DNA of 64,000 bases. It comes from Camelus dromedarius. Its lineage: Eukaryota. The stretch spans positions 77,936,001 through 78,000,000 of the forward strand of contig NC_087437.1 of the NCBI RefSeq assembly GCF_036321535.1, given 5' to 3'. The notes beneath the pieces were generated by a model. The model had not been told where the DNA came from, made no database searches, and saw only the letters and a program-made list of their open reading frames with translations. The translations under genes were made by a program, and so were the position numbers. Shown here piece by piece: positions 54,601 through 64,000 of this stretch; positions within the stretch are counted from its first letter, which is position 1, and each line of letters begins with the position of its first letter.

Positions 54601-55368
54601 CCTTCAGTAGGTATAAAAAGGCGTGATGACCCTCCATTACAGCATCGCACTTAAAATGCATGCCATATGGGTAGATTGCCAATGAGTAAACGAACCAAAT
54701 ACAAACGAATTGGATGACATCATTGGGCAGACTCAGTGTAATCAGGATTGTGGATGAACCTGGAACCCGTGGAGAGGCTGATGTTCCTGATGTTCCTCTT
54801 ACCTCCTTACAAATTAAGTTCTTCTTCACCAAGCATTCTTAACATCACTCCTTCCTTCAAGCCAAAATCAGCAGTTGAGATGACTGTTTTCTCCACTTTC
54901 CAAGCAGAAATGAGCAAGTTAAGATATTATTATTTTTATAAAAGTTCTAGGTTTAAAACTGAATTGTTTTCATAGGACTCACTCTTGATAACCCCATGAA
55001 CAATCTGAAGAAAAGGCAAGCAATGAATATAGTGACAGGTTACTCTGGGAAATCCTTGTTGAGTATCCATCCACTCTGCGCTAGTCATTGTATAAAGAAC
55101 TGTGATATGCAGAAAGACTAAATGAGAGTTCTTTTTTTAAGGAACTTATAATCTATTAATTTTGCACAGTAAGCCTACTTGTATGAGCAGCTTTCCTTTG
55201 AGTAGCAATATATAGGCAGCAAACCAGAAAATTGTAAAGTCTAAATGAATAATCCTGTCCAAATATTCTATAGGAATTGATCAGAGCAATGAGTTCAAGT
55301 GACGGGAGAAGAAGACATTGTGTAATTGCTGATTGGCCCTGTGAGGTCATTTGCTGATTTTCCAAGGG

Positions 55369-55592
55369 CGGGGGTTGACAAACTCTAGTCCATGGGCCAA
55401 AATTGGCTTGCTCTCTATTTTGTAAGTACAGTTTTTTTGGAACAAAACCATACTCATTCATTTCTGTTTGTCTGTAACTGCTTTTTCCTGCTACAGCGGC
55501 AGAGTTGAGTGCTTGGATCAGAGACCCACTGGTCTGCACAACCTAAAATATCTACCATCTGGCCTTTTTCAGAAAAAAAATGACTGGTTCTT
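55369..55592. mobile_element. MER58A hAT MITE
   Basis: 'ggggttgacaaact..atgggccaaa...ttggaaca..ccatactcattcattt...ggcagagttgagt..cagagacc..cctaaaatat.taccatctggcc'. Confidence 0.85.
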
Positions 55593-57144
55593 TTCCTAGG
55601 GGATTAAAGTATTAAAATAAAAAATATGATTAGTCAGAAGGTATATGTTTAGGTTAAAGATTAGGTTCATTTCTGGACATATGGCTTTGAAGTAATTGTG
55701 GGATATCCAGGTAGAAATATAGTGGAGAGTTGATGAGGCTCTAGAATTTAAAAAAAATCTTCCAGGCTAAGCCTACTGTTTCTATCACCTGCTAGAAGGA
55801 GTTCCGTAGTTGATGTTTTTGATGCAAGATATGTATTCTGATTTTGTAATGGCAATAAAGAACAAAGAAAAACAGAAGTCTAAGGACTTTGGAAATATTC
55901 TTTAAAATATATTACAGAATACTGAAAACAGCTCAGATTATAGGAGGTCAAGGTATGAGAGTTGAGAAAAACATGTTCAGGAAGTATGGTTGTAAATAGA
56001 AAGAAATATGAGTGTGACTTGAGGAGAATGGGAGTCACATAAAGATTTATTTCAAGATAAGGGATCTAGACAAATGAATATTTCAAGGCAGACAGAAAAA
56101 CTCACTAAGGTAAAAATGATGAAATATTTGGGCGAGAGGAAAGGATGACTGAATGTGTGTATGTGTGTGTAGGAGATCCCTAAGGAATTGGTAGTAGGTA
56201 GTCTTTAGGAATACAGGTGGAGGGGTATATTAGAACTTTTGGCTTTAAGTGACTGAAGCCCGATTTGAACTTGCCATGACTCACGTAACCAAACCCTCCT
56301 CTCCTCTCCACCCATGTCTTTGCTTCTATCTCTGTGTTAGTTTTAATCTTTGAAACTAATTGGATTAAAAAAAATGTAACAAACCAAGAACTTCCAGCCC
56401 CTTTGGGGCACAGATATTTGCAAAGTCTCATCCTAAGAGGAAAGGCTCTATTTAATTGAGATGCAAGTATCATAAAAGTACCCAGACCTTCTCCTCTCAC
56501 CAGACCTAGAGTACCCAGACCTTCTCTAACTAGCAAGGATATTGTACCGTCTTTGTCCCAGCTCCAATCACATATTCACCCCCATGACTAACCACTGTTG
56601 CTAGGACAGTAGATACATGATTGGCTCATCTTGAATCAGGAGTCCTCCTTAGCTTTACCATTGTGTCTGGGACAATGGCAGAGCTCCAGTTCAAAATCCT
56701 TCTTAGGACAAAGGAGAAGGAGAATTCAAAATCCTTCTAGAACTAGGTGGATAATACAGTCTGGTCTGTTGAGGGGATTGTTATGAACAGGCGGCCACTG
56801 TGATCTGTGACTCTTACAATCAAAGCTGCTAGTCACTAGTGTGACTAGTGACTAGCTGGACTGATTGATTGGGGCTGATGTTCATACTAATTGGTTGTGG
56901 CATCTGTCATAATTGGTTGAAACTGTGTGTTAAATACTTTAAGTATTACCTCTCTTTATGAGAGGATTAGTCTTAGAGGTAAATTTTGTCATCTTATTCC
57001 CTGGGATAGGAACAAAGGAGAAAAGTATGACTATTGAGACAAAGCTTTAAAGTGGTAGAGAGAATAAAATGACAGGCTTCACTGGATTGGACCAACTGGC
57101 AAGTCAATTTTACTTTAAAGATAAATCGTGATACTGTAAATGAT

Positions 57145-57335
57145 TACAAGGCTAATACTTGGCAGTCGCTGCCGTAAGCACTTTACACTCTGAGGTTCAT
57201 TTAAAACTCACCAGAACCTTTGAGGTAAGTGTTCTTATTACTTTATAGTCAGAGGAATGGAGATTTGGAAAGCTCTTGTGTCAGGTCGCTGTCCAATGGT
57301 GGTGCCAGAATTAACCTGAACTCTTACTGCTGTGT
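57145..57335 (-). mobile_element. MIR SINE, degenerate
   Basis: 'taagcactttaca..tcatttaaaactcacca.aacctttgaggtaagtg..attact.ttatag..gaggaa'. Confidence 0.65.
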
Positions 57336-57419
57336 TCCTCTGATTTTCTTAAAAGCAGAAAGAAAATGGGTTGATTGTATTTCATTTTCATTCTTCCTCT
57401 AACTCTTCTCCTTCCATTT

Positions 57420-57680
57420 TTAAAAATAAGCTTTTTATTTTTCGGTACCCTTAGCTATATGGAAAAGTTGCAAGGACAGTACAGAGAGTTCCTCTTGTCT
57501 CTTCAGTCAGTTTCCCTTCAGTTAATATCATAAAAGACCATAGTATTTTTGTCAAAACCGAGAAATAATCACTGTTATATTATTAACTAAACTGCAGACT
57601 TTAATTGGACTTTACCATTTTTCCACTAATATCCTTTTTATCTTCCAAGATCCAACACAGGATATCACACTGTATTTTGT
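57420..57680 (-). mobile_element. L1MC/MD-type 3' end
   Basis: 'gaaaagttgcaaggacagtacagagagttcc...tttgtcaaaac.gagaaat..attaactaaactgcagacttt..ttccactaat.tcctttt..caggatatcacactgtattt'. Confidence 0.85.
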
Positions 57681-59184
57681 TCCCCTTCATTTTTTGCTCA
57701 TTTTCCTCTCTCTCCTGCACATGTTCATTTTGCTCCAACTTTCCCATCCTCTGATTGCATCATTTTTTTTCTTTTTCCAGTTTTCCTTTCCTATTCTCAT
57801 GGTTTTATTTTATCTGATTATTTCCTGCCAAACTGATACAATTATAAAAAAGGAAATATTTGGAAACATACTGAACTTAGCTCAGGCAATTTCAGAGTGG
57901 CCTGGCAAAGAGTTGTTCAACACAGAGTTGTTGTTGTTTTATTGCAATAAATTGAGAAAAAAATGGGTATCAAATCTGTATCCACTCCCTTTAGGACCAT
58001 GATCTGGAGGAGTATACTTGGACTTGCAGTCACTAGTGGAAATCCAAGTCCCCATGAAATAAAATGTGTATTTTAAAAAAAGCAAATTTAAAAACCACCT
58101 TTTGGAATGTTACAGAATTTTAAATGAAATTCTATGCCCTTGAAGGTATTAATGCCTGTGGTTACACAGATTGGCTGTTGAACTAGAGCATATTTGTTTT
58201 GGTGGTTTTGCTCTGAGGATGAAGCAGAAGGCTGCAGCACCAAGGTATAGGCTTAAGGTTAAAGCAACAAGCGTGAAACCCAAATCCTGAGAGTAAAGAA
58301 AAGGCGGGAAACACAGTGTATGTATCAGTAAACAGATACAAAACATAGTGCATGTGATCAGCCTGAAGATGAAAGACAGGTTTTACTGGAAATATTTTTG
58401 AATTTTTCAAGGTAGAGGAACGTGTCTTCATGTGAAAGTGATTGTAGAGAGATAGTGAGGAATGGACAGAACTGTGAGCAGAGAGAGAACTTCTAGAGCC
58501 AAGTCTCAGTTAAAGAGAAAAGTGAAGACAAGTGCGTGGAGAAAAAGAAAACCTATTTTGGATATGACAGAGAGTTTTAATTTTGATTATATTTTGTTGT
58601 GATTAAGGTGACCACTGAAGGAAGAAAAGTGAATCTCTAAGCTTTAAAAAGTAACTGTCACCAAATGAGGAAAAATTTTAAAGCGGTGTTATTTTCCCCT
58701 TAAAGACAGTGGAAGAATCCCAGTGAACTTGTTTAAGGTGACCTACATAAGTGATGATGCAGCTCCCAATGAGCCTCGAGGGACGGGCTGTACTGTAATT
58801 AGATTGGCACCTTCACAAAGTCGCTTTCTCGCTTGCTCGCACTCTGAGTCTTTTAATTCGGTTAACTTAGAAGTGGGTCTAAAAAGACCCACACGCATTA
58901 AAAAATGTTCCCATCCTGTGAGCCCTGCAATGTAATATGCATGAAAATTACCCCTATCTTTTGCTTATTTTGTTTTCTTTTGTTCCCAGACACTGATTTT
59001 CCTTTGTTTAAACTGATGGCATTCACAAAACGGCTCTACCATAGAGTCTACCCCATTTATTAATTTTATTAATGGGTTTCTGGCACAATGTGGATGCTGT
59101 TGGTCTTGGAAGGTGCACACTTCACTTGGTGTGATATATGTCAAGCAATATGAGTGCATAGCCGATAGAGAACTTTTTTATCTT

Positions 59185-59656
59185 CTGGTTTTATAGAGAT
59201 ATAATTGACATAGAGCACTATTTAAGGTGTATAACATAACGATTTAATTTACGTGCATCATGAAATGATTACACAGTAAGTTTAGTGAACATCCATCATC
59301 TCATATAGATGCAAAGTAAAAGAAAAAGAAAAAAATGTATTTTCCTTGTGATTAAAAACTCTTAGGATTTGCTTTCTTAACAACTTTCATATATAACACA
59401 CTGTTAAATATATTTATCGTCTTGTACATTACATCCTTAGTACTTATTTATCTTGTAACTGGAAGTTTGTACCTTTTGACCACCTTCATCCAATCCCCCA
59501 TCCAAAATGCCTCCAGTAACCACAAATCTGATCTCGTTTCCTATGTTTGTTTGTTTTTTGAAAATATATTTGACCTAGAGTACTACGTTAGTTCCTGTTA
59601 GTGATCACAGCATAGTGATTCTATATTTCTGTACATTACAAAATGATCACCATAAT
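59185..59656 (-). mobile_element. L1 3' end (L1MA9-derived, laurasiatherian type)
   Basis: 'ttatagagatataattgacata..aaatgattac..gtgaacatccatcatctcatatagat..ttatcttgtaactggaagtttgtaccttttgaccacc'. Confidence 0.85.
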
Positions 59657-60250
59657 GGGAGAACATTTTAATACACAAGGTGAGGGGTGGACAACAACAG
59701 ATGCCTGAGAGAGAGAGATGACAGAGATGCTCTCAGGTAGGCTGAGTATTTACCACATAGGATCAGAGGGCAAGCAAAATTCTGAAGGAGAAAATGAAAA
59801 GTAATTCATCTGCCTGTACCATACCTATATTGCTCTCTGCCTGTGCAAGAAAAGGATACAGCACAGCACAAGACTTCTAGGAACTGGGAAAAGGTTTTCC
59901 GTCTGACCTGGATGTTGTTTGATAGAAATTCTCAGTGGTGCCACTTGGGAATGAGAATGTGTGGTATCTGTTGGCAGCATCTGAAGGGAGGCAGCTTTCA
60001 TTACGCAAAAGGGAGCTTTGCGTGGCCAGTCAGGCTTGTAGCTTTTATTCTAGTTAACCCTGTCATTGTGTTGGCAATCTTTAGCATCCCTTGGGCCAGT
60101 CTCTAGGGAGAACAGGACATGCCGAAGGCTAGGGATCGAGACACAGGTAGTAGGAATTGATCCTGGGAGCTCACATGCGTGAGCTTAAAGAAAACTTCAT
60201 AGTAGAAGTTAGAAAAACATCAGTAGCAACATCTCAGTCACCAGTTGTCT

Positions 60251-60980
60251 TGTGGCGTAGTAAGAAACGGAGTTGTCCTTGTCCCCTGTTCCTGGAACAA
60301 GGCTTCTAAAGCCCTCGGAATTCCTTGAGTGATAGGGGTGTCCTTTGTTATTCACAAGGAGCTCCTTTTGATCACACCAGAGTTTATGCTAATGGGGTAG
60401 CTTAGGGTGGTTCCCCTTGATCGCCTCAGGACAGAGCTGGTCGCCCCACTCACTGACCTCTGGGGATAGGAAGAAGGGACAGCTGGAGGTTAAACTCTGT
60501 TAAAACCTTGGAAGGACAAGATTTGATGAGCTTCATGCTGGTGAGCACACTAAGGTGCTGGACGGTGATACACCTGGAGAGAGCATGGGGGAGAGCATGG
60601 GGGCTGCACACAGCACTGCCCCCAGCACCAGAACTTTCCACAAGCATCTCCTCCATTTGTTCCCGAGCTGCTTCCTTTACAATAAACTGTTAAGTGTAAG
60701 TAAAGTGGCTTCCTCACTTCAGTGAGCCATTCTAGTCAATTATCAAACCTTAGGAAGGGTCATGGCAACCCCAGTTTATAGCTAGTTGGTCAGAAGTACA
60801 GGTCTCAATCTGGGACTTGCAGTTGGCATCTGAAGTGGGGCAGGCTTGTGGGACTGAGCCCTTACCCTGTGGGGTCTGCCCTAACTCCCTGTGGTCAGTG
60901 ACAGAATCAAATTGTGGGACATCCAGCTGGTATCCAGAGAATCAGATAATTGGTTGTTAGTGTTAGAAAACACTCCAAAC
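60251..60980 (+). mobile_element. MER21-like solo LTR
   Basis: 'gttcctgg.acaaggcttctaaagccctcggaattcc.tgagtgatagg..tcacaccagagtttatgctaatg', AATAAA at ~60681, 'ctgggacttgcagttggcatctgaagtggggcag.cttgtgggactgagccctta'. Confidence 0.85.
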
Positions 60981-61049
60981 TAGATTTGCTTTCTTTTTTC
61001 TTCTTTCTTTCTTCCTTTCTTTCTTTCATCTACCACATGCCAAGACATA

Positions 61050-61758
61050 GGAGACATTAAGACTTTGGTACCCCTGATAACCCAAAAGGTGAAGACCCCA
61101 GTTCTTATCATACCCGAAAGATAAGCTTACAGTCAGGAGACAGTGCACTGTGTAGTGAAAGATTTATTTAGAGAAGGAAAAGTTCACTTCCAAGAACAGA
61201 AGGAGGGCTGATCCAGGGAAGGAAACCCAGCAGCTTTTCTAATCCCCTCGCTCAGAGGTGGTCTCTTGCCCGACTGACGGATCTTGTCCCTGGAATGCTT
61301 AGTCACGTTTGGCACCTTTGTGTGTGTCCTTACCCAGGGCATACACAGAAAACCCCATAGGGAAGAGGTAGGGTGGGGGGAGGGGCCTAAACTGCAATGT
61401 TAGTTATAATACAATGAACATTGGGCGCGTCTGGTTAAGTCCTTTCCGCTACTGTGCAGTTGTAGCTGTTGGGTTCTAACCTGTTTCCTGCTGGCTCTCA
61501 TTTAGAAGTAAAACCCCTTTATGCTGGAGGCGGGCATAACGCCATCTTCTGGACCATCTTCCCTCTCCTCCACCTATCTGCCAGGAGGGCCAGCTTATCT
61601 GCCTGCCTAACACCCCGACCAGCAGTGTCAGTCTCATCTGGGAGCTTGAGAGAAATGCAAAATCTCAGGCCCCATCTCAGATTTGTACTGCTTCAAGTTT
61701 AGCCTTTAACCATGATCCCCAGGTAATGCATCTCCACACTGAGGCTGAGGAATCACTG
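61050..61758. mobile_element. MER5-family MITE split by the ERV1 LTR (61050-61074 and 61613-61758)
   Basis: Left 'actttggtacccc' joins right 'gaccagcagtgtcagtctcatctgggagcttg..agaaatgcaaaatctcaggcccca' to reconstitute MER5. Confidence 0.7.
61075..61612 (-). mobile_element. ERV1-type solo LTR
   Basis: TG...CA termini (tgataa / ctaaca), a 4-bp TSD cccc at 61071-61074 and 61613-61616, and AATAAA on the minus strand at ~61162. Confidence 0.8.
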
Positions 61759-62229
61759 TGGGAGAAACTTTACAAAAGTCATCTTAAGATTTATTACCCA
61801 AATGAAGAGCTCAAACTTATCCCTAGAATGAAGGCTAAGCAGGTGTGTGTTTTAGAGATTCCAAAGTAAAGTTGAATTTACTTGTGAGACTTGCAGATTT
61901 TGGTCTGTATCCTCCTCATAACTCAGAAAGGTATGAGCTATTAAAATTTGAGGATGCTCGCTCAGTAATCTAGTCCAGTATTTAGTGTAATGTTCAGAGG
62001 TGGAGTACAGGCTGGGTGGTGTAGGCTGCTGTCTCCCCGTGCTTTAATATTTTTATACAGGGAAAATTATGGGAAAACGATGAACTTGTGGAGAGAATCA
62101 CGGAAGGAGAGATTGAAGGGAAGGCAGCCAAAATAAGAGGGAAAAGGAGAAGATAGATTATTTTGTTTTGGAAACAGTGGTGGGTTTAGGAGCAGAATAT
62201 GCACATCTGAGACTGCAGACATATTTTAA

Positions 62230-64000
62230 TGCTAGCTGGCAGAGCCACTGTTTGTGTGACAGGCACGAGTCACTGCCACTTTCATAGCGCCTGGGGAGTG
62301 TGAATTCGTGGCTGGGAGGGAGGAGGTGCTCTTACAGAGTCTACAACCGGAGTGCCTTGTTTGTTTGTTTGTTTGTTTTTTGAGTCTCTGTCTCCTCTGC
62401 AGACCTGAGTGGTAAGTGGATCTGTTCTCCATCCAAGCTGTGAACATCTTCAGATTTGCTACAAACAGATCTCTTACAGTGCTGAGTAGTTTTTGAGGTA
62501 AAAATTCTCTGCTCCCTCCTCAAAGATCTTCTGTTTCTACCAATATAATTTTTTTTTCTTATCACATTTCCAAAGTCTCTTGGGTCCCTTCTTCTTTCCC
62601 AATAATGAGACCGTTTACGTAGATCTGCAGAAGGCAGTAACAAAACCTCAGTCTTGTCTGCAGGTACAAGCACTGGGGAGGCGGTGGGAGAACATTGTAT
62701 GGAAGGAAAGAAAACAAGATCAAATTAGAAATGAAATGTGGTGAAGAGACAAGTAATGAAAAGGGGCGGGGATATTTAGCCACACACGCTGAAGGAAAAA
62801 AGAGACTACAAAAATTGGAAGTCTTCCCAATACTAACTCTTTCATATCTGAATGTGTAACCATCTGCGTGACTGCTTCTGCTTCTGCTCTTGAGAGTCGA
62901 CGGAACGTAGGGTGATCTGACAATGAGGCAGAGGAAAAATAATATTTTAAGTCTAGTTCTCCTTTGTCACCACCTTCTTTCGAAACAATATGCTGAGCAT
63001 CACTGCCAGGCGATTTTTGGGAGGGGGTTATCACACTTTTGTTCTAACCGGGCTCAGGCCCATGATTTGGACCTGCTGCCATTAAAGAATGCACAAAAAT
63101 AGGGCCAAACTGAGAGCAATCTGACTCATCAGCAAACCATGATAAGCTCAGATCTTCACATTTATGAAATGAAACCGTTTTCAGCATCCTGTCTGCCCTG
63201 ATATAGTGTCGTAAATTTGGATTACATGTCAATTATCCAAATTTACTTCTCTGTACTTTCTCCTTTGAATATGAATGTGAATTTTAATTTAAAGCTTTCT
63301 TATGAGCAAAACTTCCCATCAGAACTCTGTTGTAACCGTCATCCCCAGCTATTTCATACTTGCCAAACATCTTCTCTTTCCAAGGTCATCTGTTTCACCA
63401 CATCACTGGAAATGAAGTGGGACGTATGGTTCTGTTTAATCAAATTTCATGCTCTGCTGCCTCCGTCTTATGGCCTCTCTGCTAATTGATCAAATTTTCA
63501 ATTAAAGTCTTCCATCTTTGTTTTAATTCTTTGTTAAGGTTTCTTTTCCATTAGATAATTTCAGGAGATCTGAGCAGCTCATAGCCCTGCTCTCCGCCCC
63601 CTTTTATCTGCCTACTGTGGAGTTTTTCATGTTGAAGAAACAGTTCTCTTTTTCTGTCTGACTTCACCCCGTTTCTCACAGTTAAACTTCTCCTTGGACT
63701 GGCATTGTCAAGATTCAGAATTTTTAAATTTTTGATTTATTTGTTCAAGAGGGGATTTGTTTACTTCATGCATTATCAGGGATTTAAAAAAAAAAAACAA
63801 ACCTTTGTACATTTTTCATCTGTCTCTCTCAGTAGCAATTAAGCAAATTGGAACTAGAGTCTCCTAAGCTGCAGCTAAAAAAATGACTGTGGTTAATTAA
63901 TGGCCGGTAGGTGACATTCTCTTTTACGTGGGGTGCTTCTCTGTGAGTTCCTTCTAATGAGCTGTGACACTACTTGATTACCAAACCGATTTATTGTTTC
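62230..64000. promoter_or_regulatory. Candidate promoter/enhancer: repeat-free, CpG-enriched block with GC boxes
   Basis: About 26 CpG by manual count in 62241-64000, against about 7 in 1-1800. GGGGCGGGG at 62763-62771, reverse GC box at 63592-63600, TGACTCA at 63122-63128. Confidence 0.45.
62403..62411 (+). other. Candidate 9-nt microexon (or 3' end of a first exon) with consensus donor
   Basis: tctctgtctcctctgcag|ACCTGAGTG|gtaagt. Confidence 0.4.

Noticed and set aside
56477..56526. 17-bp direct repeat agtacccagaccttctc with a 16-nt spacer
   Set aside because: Only two copies in mammalian DNA. It is a local duplication, not a CRISPR-like array.
63105..63160. Minus-strand peptide LSWFADESDCSQ resembling the hAT transposase LDES motif
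   Set aside because: The flanking sequence shows no other hAT motifs and no terminal inverted repeats.

Overview
This is AT-rich mammalian genomic DNA, most likely camelid (camel, alpaca or llama). That call rests on three tRNA-derived SINEs matching the camelid Vic-1 family and two camelid-type L1 3' ends. I recognise no protein-coding exon, RNA gene or CRISPR array. The listed ORFs are either chance ORFs or fragments of L1 and other repeats. The window is a mosaic of interspersed repeats: L1 (including a ~4.8 kb copy with near-complete ORF2 but no ORF1), MIR, L2, MaLR/ERVL/ERV1 LTRs and hAT DNA transposons (Charlie1a, MER5, MER20, MER58, MER103), several of them nested. Most L1 pieces lie on the minus strand, which suggests an intron or 5' region of a plus-strand transcription unit. 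The most notable non-repeat signal is a CpG-enriched block at ~62.2-64 kb. It has GC boxes and a perfect AG/9-nt/GTAAGT splice configuration (microexon or end of a first exon). Other oddities are an unidentified poly(A)-tailed ~100 bp insert inside an MLT2 LTR and a collapsed LTR33-type provirus that keeps an integrase fragment. Repeat family names come from my recall of consensus sequences, not from a search, and repeat boundaries are approximate. I found no convincing new biological system.
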